This document shows positions 1 through 9,430 of a DNA stretch of 64,000 nucleotides, one piece after another. This DNA is from a virus (taxonomy: Duplodnaviria > Heunggongvirae > Uroviricota > Caudoviricetes): IMG/VR virus record IMGVR_UViG_3300006143_000348. One strand, 5' to 3'. Each line of letters opens with the position of its first letter. The stretch's first letter is position 1. The position numbers and the translations under genes are program-made. Below the pieces are notes generated by a model that was not told the DNA's origin, did not search any database, and saw only the letters and a list, made by a program, of their open reading frames with translations.

Positions 1-781
1 TGTTGTCCCTATGGATGCTGTCGTTTTTGTTTTGGATTGTCCGGGCGTGGTTCCCGTATGTCATGTATACGGTTGTTTCCTGGACACTGGCGTGCAGGGA
101 ACAGACAGCCTGCGCGAGTATCTCAGACACCTGCATGAGCTGGTCACACACCAATTCTTCCGATGCGACCCTTGCCCCGACATGGATGGAGCCGTGGATT
201 AAGTCTCCAAGAATAAGGATGTGCAGTTTTCTGCACGTATTCAGTTCAATGCGCTGTTTTGCCTTCTGGACAATATCCTGTACGCGCTGCTTGCACACTT
301 CTGTATTGTACGAGTTGAATATGTTGGACGTTACCATCCCATAATGCCAGTCACTGAACACAAGGATGGCCTCATTGTCTGAATATTCTATATATGCGCT
401 ATCAGGGGAGCTGAAATCCAGTGTCCCGATGCTGTCTGATAAGTTATTGGCGGCTACAGCCAGTGAGTCGTATAGGTGTTCGCGCCGCCCTTCCCGCGAC
501 ACCAGCTTGTTGTATTCGCGCCTCTGGTCGTAGAACTTCTGGCGTTCCCGTTGCAGTTCCTCGATTTTTGCGTCCATCTCAGACAGGATGCTGCTGTCCT
601 GGGAGCTGGTGCGCTCCATATCCATGAGTTCCAGGGTGCGCCTGCTGCCGTACATCATACGGCGTGCTACGTCACTGGAGTATGTCTGGCCGTAGACCAG
701 TTCAGAAAGTTCTGTGTAATCCATATCGGCGAGCGTGCGGTCGACCAGCTTGCCGTAAACGAGCCTCTTATGGTAATCCAT
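1..781 (-). CDS. Calcineurin-like metallophosphoesterase (partial; 3' end lies beyond window start)
   Basis: Minus-strand translation from the ATG at 781 gives MDYHKRLVYGKLVDR... with motifs 'ILVFSDWHYG', 'LILGDLIHG' and 'GNHA', as in the calcineurin-like phosphoesterase fold. A GGAGAG RBS lies 6 nt upstream. The frame stays open to the window edge. The plus-strand track ORFs 3..344 and 476..856 are W/C-rich and implausible. Confidence 0.6.
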   Translation of the reverse strand, partial: MDYHKRLVYGKLVDRTLADMDYTELSELVYGQTYSSDVARRMMYGSRRTLELMDMERTSSQDSSILSEMDAKIEELQRERQKFYDQRREYNKLVSREGRREHLYDSLAVAANNLSDSIGTLDFSSPDSAYIEYSDNEAILVFSDWHYGMVTSNIFNSYNTEVCKQRVQDIVQKAKQRIELNTCRKLHILILGDLIHGSIHVGARVASEELVCDQLMQVSEILAQAVCSLHASVQETTVYMTYGNHARTIQNKNDSIHRDN

Positions 782-815
782 AAGAGACTCTCCGCATTGT
801 CGTTGTATATTCAAT

Positions 816-980
816 TCAGGCACCTGCTTTCCGGCGTTTCAGCAGAAAGTCCATGACTGCTGGAGACTCTTCGCAATAGTAGCGGTGTCTTTTCGACCGC
901 TGGTTCATGGTTCGCCTTATATGCGTGCCTGGGCAGTTCTGAAGCAAAGCTTCTTTTTCGGACTTCGTGATTTTAATCAT
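816..980 (-). CDS. Small basic protein (54 aa), hypothetical
   Basis: Minus-strand ORF MIKITKSEKEALLQNCPGTHIRRTMNQRSKRHRYYCEE.... An AAGGAAG RBS lies 8 nt upstream of the ATG at 980. It lies between two co-oriented genes. Confidence 0.3.
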   Translation of the reverse strand: MIKITKSEKEALLQNCPGTHIRRTMNQRSKRHRYYCEESPAVMDFLLKRRKAGA

Positions 981-1082
981 GGTTGTCGCTTCCTTCCGTT
1001 ATTGGCTTATGTATTTTGGCAAATACGGATTTCGTTCCGTATATTTCCCTCCGTATTTTAAATCCATCATATCACCTGAAAA

Positions 1083-1898
1083 TCACTGTGTAACAGTTGA
1101 TTTATGTATATCTGAAAACTCAACGCTATGTACTTTTTTAGCAGAATTTCTTTTACGTAGTACCGAATTTATACGGTGTTGTAAGTCAATTTCTTCCGCA
1201 CATGCTTTACAATACTTCTGTTTCCGGCCTTTTTGTGGGTTGTTATATTTTACGGTGATGCCACAGTTTACGCATTCAAAGTATGGTTCCCCGACATATT
1301 TTAAATATTGGTATCCAAGATTTCGGAAATCAGTTATCTCAAGGGCAGTCTCACCTTCCTCTGCAAAGCATACCCGGACATTTGTGTTGTCAATGCGCTT
1401 GGAGAAACGAAGCACCCCTAGTTCTTTCAGCGCGCCGAACATAGCACACTGTCTTTTGATGGATGTGTTGATATTCGCCATAGCCATGATTTCATTATCC
1501 CTGTTCTTTACCCAATAATCGGTGACAGGGGATACGGCATACCAGTATTTGGCGAGGCACAGCAAAGTAAACGCCAACCTCCTGAGTTGCCTGCCGCCGA
1601 TGGAGTCGATTCTGTCCATTTCGGGCTTTGTTATGATGATGCTTTGGATATCTATGGCTCCGTACTTTAAAGCGCGTTTTAGGGCATTATCCAGCGTCTC
1701 AGACCATGTGGTTAATGACGCGGACGGGTCGCACTGGATGAGGAATATGTCTAGTCTCTTACGAACTTCTGTTTTGGAATATCCAGAATCAAGGTAATAC
1801 CTTGCGACGCGGTAGAGCGTCTGATATGGCTTTTTGCCGAGCGACCTGTCTTGAATCATCTTTTCAGCCCATTCGTTTTCTTTTAATATAATATTCAT
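1083..1898 (-). CDS. Hypothetical protein with C-terminal Zn-ribbon (CVNCG...CKAC); possible DNA-binding/replication accessory
   Basis: 271-aa ORF. Its stop overlaps the start of the upstream 914-aa gene (ATGA overlap at 1895-1898). C-terminal motif CxxC-x17-CxxC. Confidence 0.65.
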   Translation of the reverse strand: MNIILKENEWAEKMIQDRSLGKKPYQTLYRVARYYLDSGYSKTEVRKRLDIFLIQCDPSASLTTWSETLDNALKRALKYGAIDIQSIIITKPEMDRIDSIGGRQLRRLAFTLLCLAKYWYAVSPVTDYWVKNRDNEIMAMANINTSIKRQCAMFGALKELGVLRFSKRIDNTNVRVCFAEEGETALEITDFRNLGYQYLKYVGEPYFECVNCGITVKYNNPQKGRKQKYCKACAEEIDLQHRINSVLRKRNSAKKVHSVEFSDIHKSTVTQ

Positions 1899-4639
1899 TC
1901 GTCCACCTCAATTTCTTTTGATATCATTTTGAATTTGCTGCCGCGGTAACAGATGTCCCCACTATTGTCCCTCGTAGGGAATGACAGCGTATGGTTATTG
2001 TTTGCAAGTAAGTTATGGATAATTTCTGTGCCGCATATATTCCATGCGAAGTTTTTCGTGGCGCTTTTGGTATAACATAGGTCGAGTAGGATATCGCATA
2101 AGGAATATTTATTTTGACAGATAATATCACATTCTTTTCTAAAGTTATCGTTCATATCCAATAATTGTACGTGTGAAGCAAATTTATCCATGCGCCTGTA
2201 CTCTGCGGAAACAGAATACTCCTGCAGTTTTTTATTGTAATTTGTGTACAGCTTCTGGATTGCCTTATATTGGGCGGCGGTGTAAGAAGCCCCGCTCTTC
2301 ATAATTGTGTAGTCAAATTTAGATTCTGCATTATGTTTACCGACATATCCATCAAATTCCTGCTCGAATCTCCTGCAAATCCGGTTCATCACACAGTCGC
2401 TGGTGCCGACGGGCATCCGGTATTCATAGTATTGGAGGAAGTCGGCCTGACGTTCAGTCAGCTCTTCGGGCGGAATCTGCTGAAGCTCACTTACGGTCAT
2501 CTGGAACTCACGGAGGGCATTCTTGTCCGTGCTCTTAACGTATTGGCTGTACTGCTTCATCAGGGAAGGGTATATGTACCGCATAAAGTACGGCTTCTTG
2601 TCGGCTACGATACTCCTGCAGAATTCACGCTGAGCATCGTCCTCTATCTTGTTTACAGCGTGGAGGTCGTGCCATGTCTTTGGCATCGGCTTGCAGATGA
2701 TGCCCTTAGCCTTGTCGATGGCGTTCTGCTGGTAGAGCTGGCCGCAGCAGATGCGGTAGGAGAGGGTTTCGTATTCAAGGCTTCCTTTTTCGAACCTGGA
2801 GCGAACCTCGAACATGGAAGTAATCCAGTTCGTAGTCTGCCCGATGTCGTTCCCGAAGCTCCCGATATTCGACTCGATGAAATCTTGCTCCGTGGGGATT
2901 GATTTGGCCGCTTTCCGCTGGGCGCACATCAGGGAGGGGAGCTGCTGGAGCTTTTCAACCAATACGCGGTTGTCGGTAAGCATGACTAAGTCTCCGTCGA
3001 AATCCATGCCGTTTAACGCGGCTGTGGCGGTGTCCCATGCATTGAAGACGGTGCATGTCTTCAAATGTTTATACCAGTAGCGTATCTCCTCCGTATCGGC
3101 TGGATGCACGAGGCGGATGTTGTTGTGGCACGTCATGGGCGCACGGTAGCAGGCAAGCCTGTCGGCACCCTCGTCTGCCCAGTACTGGTTGTATATCTCC
3201 CCTGGCCTCAAAAGCCCGGTTACGTCTAGGCCGAACATGCTCTGGCATAACGCATAGGGGTCTCCAGATACGATGGAGTAGTTGCCGTGAACCTTCAAGA
3301 CGCCGACTTTGGCTTCCTTGATGCGGGTTTTAATGAGCCGGTAGATGCTGCTTTGGATGAACGGGTCTTCAATCATGCGCTGGTCGGCCATGATAGCCTT
3401 TATGTAGTCATCCTCCAGGCTATTGATATTGGACTCGTTCAGCCCCATGCCGCGCAGGAACAGGATGGTCTTGCGCCAGTCCCCGCCCAGGACGTCCCTG
3501 ATTTCGTCCATCGTGGGGGCAATCAGCTCCTCTATGTCATCGTCGTCCAGGTCATAACTCTGGATGAATTGGTAGTTCAGGGAGCGCTCGTTTTCCAATG
3601 CCTTCGGGCATGTCTTTGCAATCCCGAAGGTATAGCCGTTGCGCAGCGAGTTCTGTACGTAGTCCTCGCAGCTTTTGTAACTATCCCAGAGCTTGACCAT
3701 AGACGTGGTAAGAATCAGCTCCACATTGCGCACGTCGACCTCATCCCCCCAGGCATCGCGGATGGTGTAGTTCCCTCCAGCGACCTTATCGGCGAAATCC
3801 AGGAAATCAAAGGTGATGGCCATGCCCTTTTCGAAAGAGAAGCGGGTGTTGGCTCCGCTGACCACATAGCCAAGCCCCAGCTCCCGGCTCCAGCGCTCGG
3901 CAAGGGAGGGGAGCATGATACCGTAGCCGTCTGATGCGTCCATGTCAATTTTCTCGGATTTTCTGGGCTGCATCAGTGGCTCATCCTCGCATTCATCCGT
4001 CAGGTACACGATATCCGACAGGAAGCTGGTATTGCAGTCATCCACGACGGCGATGCCTTTCGGGAACGATACAGGGACGGAGGCGCTGCACGTAAGGGCT
4101 TGGTACGCTTCGAGCTTTGCCGTCACCATTTCCTTCTGCATGTCGCGCCCATTAGCTATGCGGCGCTTCAGTTCATCAGCAATGGCGCTGTTTACGAACA
4201 CGATGGTGCTGTTTTTGATGCCGCCATTTGTCCCAAGGAGCCTTTTGTAATGGATGCCGTTGATGGAAAAGCCCTTGCACGCCCTGTAGTAATCCTTCTT
4301 CCTGTCTATTATCAGGCAGACATAATCGGGCTTGTATTGCAGCCGGTCAAGCTCTGCGTACAGGGATTTCATCATCCGGCGGCTCTTAATGCTGTTCGCC
4401 TCGGCTCTGAGTTGGCGGATGTCAGATTTTATCTGGCGTGCTTTCGCGTCAGAATCAGGGGTTTCATTTATGGAGTCAATCCAGCGGAGCATCTGGCTGT
4501 CAGCCAGGGAGATTACTTCGTTGTTCCTGCGCGCTTCTTCGATTGGGAGGGTAAGTTTCCATTTTTCTTTGCGCAGGCGGCTGCTGTGCAGCTTATAAAT
4601 GTATTTTTGGCAGGTTAATTGCTTACTGATAAAAGTCAC
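1895..4639 (-). CDS. Large (914 aa) protein with 'GMDFDGDLVML' motif; candidate single-chain two-barrel RNA polymerase (YonO/QDE-1-like). Tentative.
   Basis: Long uninterrupted ORF in an operon with the ATPase and Zn-ribbon genes. The central motif GMDFDGD resembles the NADFDGD/DxDGD Mg-binding loop of beta' and of YonO/QDE-1 DPBB polymerases. No family A/B DNA-polymerase motifs were seen. Confidence 0.7.
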   Translation of the reverse strand: MTFISKQLTCQKYIYKLHSSRLRKEKWKLTLPIEEARRNNEVISLADSQMLRWIDSINETPDSDAKARQIKSDIRQLRAEANSIKSRRMMKSLYAELDRLQYKPDYVCLIIDRKKDYYRACKGFSINGIHYKRLLGTNGGIKNSTIVFVNSAIADELKRRIANGRDMQKEMVTAKLEAYQALTCSASVPVSFPKGIAVVDDCNTSFLSDIVYLTDECEDEPLMQPRKSEKIDMDASDGYGIMLPSLAERWSRELGLGYVVSGANTRFSFEKGMAITFDFLDFADKVAGGNYTIRDAWGDEVDVRNVELILTTSMVKLWDSYKSCEDYVQNSLRNGYTFGIAKTCPKALENERSLNYQFIQSYDLDDDDIEELIAPTMDEIRDVLGGDWRKTILFLRGMGLNESNINSLEDDYIKAIMADQRMIEDPFIQSSIYRLIKTRIKEAKVGVLKVHGNYSIVSGDPYALCQSMFGLDVTGLLRPGEIYNQYWADEGADRLACYRAPMTCHNNIRLVHPADTEEIRYWYKHLKTCTVFNAWDTATAALNGMDFDGDLVMLTDNRVLVEKLQQLPSLMCAQRKAAKSIPTEQDFIESNIGSFGNDIGQTTNWITSMFEVRSRFEKGSLEYETLSYRICCGQLYQQNAIDKAKGIICKPMPKTWHDLHAVNKIEDDAQREFCRSIVADKKPYFMRYIYPSLMKQYSQYVKSTDKNALREFQMTVSELQQIPPEELTERQADFLQYYEYRMPVGTSDCVMNRICRRFEQEFDGYVGKHNAESKFDYTIMKSGASYTAAQYKAIQKLYTNYNKKLQEYSVSAEYRRMDKFASHVQLLDMNDNFRKECDIICQNKYSLCDILLDLCYTKSATKNFAWNICGTEIIHNLLANNNHTLSFPTRDNSGDICYRGSKFKMISKEIEVDE

Positions 4640-4681
4640 CTCACTTAATGAATTATTTAATTAACATGATATAGTAAAAAT

Positions 4682-4858
4682 TAATCCTCGTACTGGGATA
4701 TGTATGGATGCCATTCCTCATAAAACTCCTGGCGGCGGCGTTCGATGAGCGCCTCTGGAGCTGAATCGTCCAGGCCGTTATTCAAGGGGGAATAGTACTG
4801 GCATGGCGTGTTTTCAGGGCAGCAGTTATTGTAGTAGCAGTTTGAACATTTAAGTTTC
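4682..4858 (-). CDS. Cys-rich micro-protein (58 aa), MKLKCSNCYYNNCCPENTPCQYY...
   Basis: Not in the ORF track (under 60 aa). RBS ggaggtatct precedes the ATG at 4858. The start overlaps the stop of the upstream ATPase gene by 9 nt. Five Cys sit in the first 20 residues, followed by an acidic/basic tail. Confidence 0.4.
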
Positions 4859-6103
4859 ATAGATACCTCCTTTGCTTACTTCATTTATCCAGTTGATAAG
4901 TAATGTCCTCATCCGGCGGCTTGGTATGTAGATGCTGATTTCCTTCCCATCCCGTATGGCAGAGCGCCAAATCCATTGAATCATGGTTGAGAGGGCATAT
5001 CGTTCCTGGTCTAATACCAGCCCCTTGTCATAGTAGTATGTTACAATCCCAGTGTTGGGGAATAAATTTACCGGATAAACAAGGGCTGTTTTCTCACGGT
5101 AGTCGTTTGTGGATTTTTTGTTAAAGGCAAGCTTGCTGTTCCAATATCCTTTATTGCGTATCTTTGACCAAGTTCCGGCTTCTGAGTAAGTGCCGCAAAG
5201 CCTCTGGGAAGCGCTTACATGCACTTTGTGCTTGAAATAATTGCTGATGCAGCAGCGCAATTCGTCTACTTTATCGGGGTTCTTCTCGTACCAGTTCATT
5301 GACAGGGCATTCCTGTTCTTCCCAATGGCGTTTAGCTTTTCATCGTCGAATATATGTATCTTTTCAGATAAGGAGTTTATATAAGCGGGCATATCTCCGG
5401 GTTTGTCTGTTAGGGCGTAGGAAGAGTCTCCGCGGCGCTCCACGCCGATATACTGGTATTTGATGCCACACATCTGGAAAAACAAGTCCATCTCTGAGCC
5501 TTTGAACAGATAAGTCAGCAGTATGACCTCATTGGCGCACTCAAGGAAGTCCTTTGGGTATATCCAATACCATAAGCTGGCATTGCCTTCGGAACTTCCG
5601 ATGTTTAGGAGCGGCCTGGTTTCCATGATGCGGAACATCTTGCGGAATACAGTCCCGGTGTATTCCTTGTCTGTTTTGGTATAACAGCCGTTTTTGGATT
5701 CCTGCAGATATCCAGCATCAATCAATAGTCTGATATCCCCGTCGGAGACGTCGGCTCCTTTTTCAAAGACTGTAATTTCCTCGTCTATGATGATGGTATA
5801 GTTTTTCTCGCGGAGCATATCCAGGGTATCCTGCGTGTAGTAAAGCACGGCCTGGTGTGTGCTCGCGATGTTGTGCCCGGCTTCTATTAGAGCCATTGTG
5901 TGCCTTGCCTTGCTGAATCCATATTCTTTAATTTTGCAGCTCGGCTCCATGAAATGGGCGCTAGGGCATGATTTGTTGATTCTTGCGGCTTCATCCAGAT
6001 AGGGTGTGATGTATAGGAACCTTTTTTCTGGATGGGCATTGATGTGTGAAATAACGGCGCTCGTCTTGCCGCCGCCCATGATAGTATCGCAAACTTTAAT
6101 CAT
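4850..6103 (-). CDS. P-loop NTPase (Walker A 'GGGKTS', Walker B 'IIIDEE'); putative helicase/replication-type ATPase
   Basis: 417-aa ORF, the first gene of the leftward operon. Starts MIKVCDTIMGGGKTSAV, with a DE-type Walker B motif. Confidence 0.75.
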   Translation of the reverse strand: MIKVCDTIMGGGKTSAVISHINAHPEKRFLYITPYLDEAARINKSCPSAHFMEPSCKIKEYGFSKARHTMALIEAGHNIASTHQAVLYYTQDTLDMLREKNYTIIIDEEITVFEKGADVSDGDIRLLIDAGYLQESKNGCYTKTDKEYTGTVFRKMFRIMETRPLLNIGSSEGNASLWYWIYPKDFLECANEVILLTYLFKGSEMDLFFQMCGIKYQYIGVERRGDSSYALTDKPGDMPAYINSLSEKIHIFDDEKLNAIGKNRNALSMNWYEKNPDKVDELRCCISNYFKHKVHVSASQRLCGTYSEAGTWSKIRNKGYWNSKLAFNKKSTNDYREKTALVYPVNLFPNTGIVTYYYDKGLVLDQERYALSTMIQWIWRSAIRDGKEISIYIPSRRMRTLLINWINEVSKGGIYET

Positions 6104-6966
6104 TTATATTGTCCTCCTGATATGGTGATTACTTGGTGGATAGTTACGGGTGGGTACAGATGGATACGGAGGGGAATTACGGGCGTAGCCCAGTGCAGTT
6201 CCTTCTATATTAGATGTCAAAAAGTAGTTTGGCACGACCTAGGTTCCAAGAGGTATTTCGCAGACCGGCGAAAACGCCTGTGGGGCAACGTGTTTTTGGA
6301 TATTTTCGGAGTGCGGTCTTTTTAAAGAAACAATCTTAAATATATATTTATAGAGCATACATTGTTTTCACGTCGTTTTCCATGCTATGTTGTTTCCCTC
6401 CTTTTCGTGTTCTTTGTTTCAATCATTCGTTCGGTCACAGAGCTGTTGTTTTCTAAAAGGACTCGCACCTTTAAAGCAACGTCGTATTCCTGACAGGCTC
6501 GGACACACTATCCGAACTCATTCCCCTACTTGAATTACCTGGACAAACATCTTATTTAGTTAGCAAGATAATCCAAAAAGAAAAGATGTAAAACACCTTA
6601 TTTTATTATCTTTATTATATCATGGGAAAACATGTATGTCAACGCAATAAATATCCAGGAATGAGATTAAAATACAGGTAATTCACTGCTGGGTAAAGCA
6701 ACGTTGATTACCGTTGTTTTTGTATTGGATAAATATTTAATTAATTGAGTATAAATTATTGGAGAATCAGTAATTATCGTGAAAATAGAAAGAGAATAAT
6801 GGACGGGGTTGAATAAAGTTAGTATGTGGGAGATGGAGTGACCATAAACAAATGTTCGGAATACGCGTTCGATAATACCATAACTATGGGGCGTTCTATG
6901 TTAAATAGTGTGAAAAGTGAACATAGGGTTCTGGAATAGTAATCATGATAGTGTCTGAAAACTCAC

Positions 6967-6980
6967 GATGTTTCACGTGA
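6967..6980. promoter_or_regulatory. Perfect 14-bp palindrome GTTTCACGTGAAAC in the divergent control region (candidate operator)
   Basis: Seen directly in the sequence. It lies in an AT-rich stretch of about 1 kb between the leftward operon and the rightward regulator gene. Confidence 0.3.
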
Positions 6981-7001
6981 AACTTTTTTAAAAAAAGTAC
7001 T

Positions 7002-7030
7002 TGACATACAGTTGATATAGTGCTATCATA
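7002..7030 (+). promoter_or_regulatory. Sigma-70-like promoter TTGACA-N17-TATCAT
   Basis: TTGACAtacagttgatatagtgcTATCAT, about 150 nt upstream of the regulator gene. Confidence 0.35.
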
Positions 7031-7175
7031 GGACTTGTCAAACACAAGGACAGGCAAACATAACCAATACAGACACAATCAATCATTAAACCCGGTCCAG
7101 TGTTGACACACACAACAATATGACATGTCCGTACTGCAATATGGACGCAACTAAGAAAAAATGGAGGACAGTAAC

Positions 7176-8147
7176 ATGAAAAACAAAGAAATGAGAGAAG
7201 CAAGGACAGCAACTACAAACAACGCCTTTACAGAAACCCTTAGACGTTTCGAATCCACCTATCGCTTGAACAAAGATTCTAAAGCATACGCCGAAGCACT
7301 GAATAGCTTAGCAACCGCAGTAGCCTATAGCGTACTGAAAAAGTGTATCGACGTTTCCCAGAACCCACAACTGAAAGAAGTCAGAGCTAGCATTGCAAGG
7401 GACACGGCACGATTAGAAGCTATTAGGTACAGCGGTGCACATGCGTTCGAGACAGTGTTCACTAGTGACGGGGACATGGCACGCAAGACAGTTGATTCCA
7501 GTATGAGGGACGCACAAGACAAGTTAGCAAGTGAGTGCTTAGGTGACGGACTCGACCTTGTAAATACGGCTATCATCTCCATCCTGGGAGAGACAGCGAA
7601 AGCAATCGAGCGTGGCGAACTGGACAGCGACTTTTTGGAGAAACCCTACACCGTGCGGCGGCTTAAGAAAAAGGTTTGGATTAAGTCAGAGGACAGCGTC
7701 GGGGGCTGGGAAACGGCAGAGACAACGCCTATACAGGAGGTGTATAAGGAAGTTCGCCGGGCGATTGACGCAAGCCGGGCGATGAGCACGGACGCAAGAA
7801 ACGGTTACTCTTACTTGGAAGAGTTATCCTATGACGCTGAGTCGGACGCAGAGTCAGTCATCTATCGTAGGCTGTCCAAGTATGCAGACTTAGGCGGATA
7901 CGCTACAGATTTCAATGGAGCGTGCACACTGTACAGCGCAGACAGCCAGACAGCGGATGACATGGACACACTCATTGAACTTTTGGAGTTGACAGCAAGA
8001 CAAGCGCAGGTGCTCAAGTTAAGGCTGGCAGGGCATGGCTACAAGTCAGTAGCTACCTATCTAGGTGTTGATGTTCGGGCAGTAAAGGACGTATTAAAGA
8101 ACATCCAGCAAAAAGCACTAAAGGCAGGACTCAAACCAAGATTCTAA
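7176..8147 (+). CDS. Sigma-70 region-4-like HTH regulator (possible phage sigma factor)
   Basis: C-terminal 'LTARQAQVLKLRLAGHGYKSVATYLGVDVRAVKDVLKNIQQK' is a sigma region 4 / LuxR-type HTH. The start at ATG 7176 is preferred over 7161, because GGAGG at 7163-7167 is followed by the ATG after 8 nt. Confidence 0.7.
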   Translation: MKNKEMREARTATTNNAFTETLRRFESTYRLNKDSKAYAEALNSLATAVAYSVLKKCIDVSQNPQLKEVRASIARDTARLEAIRYSGAHAFETVFTSDGDMARKTVDSSMRDAQDKLASECLGDGLDLVNTAIISILGETAKAIERGELDSDFLEKPYTVRRLKKKVWIKSEDSVGGWETAETTPIQEVYKEVRRAIDASRAMSTDARNGYSYLEELSYDAESDAESVIYRRLSKYADLGGYATDFNGACTLYSADSQTADDMDTLIELLELTARQAQVLKLRLAGHGYKSVATYLGVDVRAVKDVLKNIQQKALKAGLKPRF

Positions 8148-8156
8148 ACCCAAAGA

Positions 8157-8183
8157 GGGACGGCGGAAGCCGTCCTTTTTTTG
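8157..8183 (+). terminator. Rho-independent terminator (GGACGGC-GGAA-GCCGTCC followed by T7)
   Basis: Perfect 7-bp stem with a GNRA-like loop and a T-run, immediately after the regulator's stop codon. Confidence 0.8.
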
Positions 8184-8221
8184 TTGGACAAAATCAGATA
8201 TGAACATTTGTTTATCTGTCC

Positions 8222-9430
8222 CTTTACGGCAGAGAGTGGATGTAAGGCGGGCTGGATGAGAGAGGATGAGAAAAAGGATAGCAAACATATGTTTACCCCC
8301 CTTTTTGCGGTAGAGTGTGGGAGCAGTAGCCCGCTGAAGCCCGCACGTCCTGTCAGACGCCATAAAACGCCCGTATACGCCGCTGGACAGCGTAGGCTAT
8401 GGATAGTAGCCCTCACATGGAAAGAATGCAATGCGGGCTGGATAAGCCGTCTACAGGGGCAGAGTTGTACCTTTGCGGTAGAGAGTGAGGGCAAGCCAAA
8501 CGCCCCCGCCAGAACGAGCTGGGAAACCGGGACGCGAACGACTGTTCAGGGTAGCCACTTTACGGTAGAGAGTGAGGGCAAACCAAACGCCCTCGCCAGA
8601 ACGAGCTGGGAAGCCGGGACACGAACGGTTGTTTACTCCCCCCTTTGCGGTAGAGAGTGAGGGCAAACCAAACGCCCCCGCCAGCACGAACTGGGAAGCC
8701 GGGACACGAACGGTTGTTTACTCCCCCCCTTTGCGGTAGAGAGTGAGGGAAACCGAGCGACTCCCGCCAGCACGAACTGGGAAGCCGGAACACGAACGGT
8801 TGTTTACTCCCCCCTTTGCGGTAGAGAGTGAGGGAAACCGAGCGACTCCCGCCAGCACGAACTGGGAAGCCGGGACACGAACGGTTGTTTACTCCCCCCT
8901 TTGCGGTAGAGAGTGAGGGCAAACCAAACGCCCCGCCAGCACGAACTGGGAAGCCGGGACACGAACGGTTGTTTACTCCCCCCTTTGCGGTAGAGAGTGA
9001 GGGAAACCGAGCGACTCCCGCCAGCACGAGCTGGGAAGCCGGGGGACGAACGGTTGTTCCGGTTGTACCTTTGCGGTAGAGAGTGAGGGCAAGCCAAACG
9101 CCCCCGCCAGCACGAACTGGGAAGCCGGGATACGAACAGTTGTTTGCCTGCCCCTTTGCGGTAGAGAGTGAGGGCGAACCAAACGCCCCCGCCAGTGCGA
9201 GCTGGGAAGCCGGGGGAACACGAACGGATGTTCAGGGTCACTACTTTGCGGTAGAGAGTGAGGGCAAGCCAAACGCCCCCGCCAGAGTGAACCGGGAAGC
9301 TGGGGGACACAAACGGTTGTTTGCCCCCCCTTTGCGGTAGAGAGTGAGGGCAAGCCAAACGCCCCCCGCCAGCACGAGCTGGGAAGCCGGGGGAACGAAC
9401 GGTTGTTTACTCCCCCCTTTACGGTACAAG
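8222..9430. repeat. Tandem array of about 14 units of about 86 bp. Unit consensus: CTTTGCGGTAGAGAGTGAGGGCAAACCAAACGCCCCCGCCAGCACGAACTGGGAAGCCGGGACACGAACGGTTGTTTACTCCCCC
   Basis: The unit starts (GCGGTAGAGAGTG) recur at about 8226, 8307, 8475, 8562, 8647, 8733, 8818, 8903, 8987, 9073, 9158, 9248, 9334 and 9421. Spacing is 84-90 bp. The first two or three units are degenerate. Each unit contains the hairpin GGGC-AAACCAAAC-GCCC. Confidence 0.9.

Noticed and set aside
3-856. Plus-strand track ORFs 3..344, 11..202 and 476..856
   Set aside because: The translations are Trp/Cys-rich and low-complexity. The opposite strand encodes a convincing metallophosphoesterase with conserved motifs and an RBS.
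8181-9358. Track ORFs with Gly/Pro/Ala-rich repetitive translations on both strands (e.g. 8181..8660, 8804..9358)
   Set aside because: These are artefacts of translating the tandem repeat. Unit lengths vary (84-90 bp), so frames break repeatedly. No RBS is present, and both strands look equally 'coding'.
8222-9430. CRISPR array
   Set aside because: The units are about 86 bp and nearly identical throughout. There is no alternation of a conserved short repeat with unique spacers, and no cas genes are nearby.
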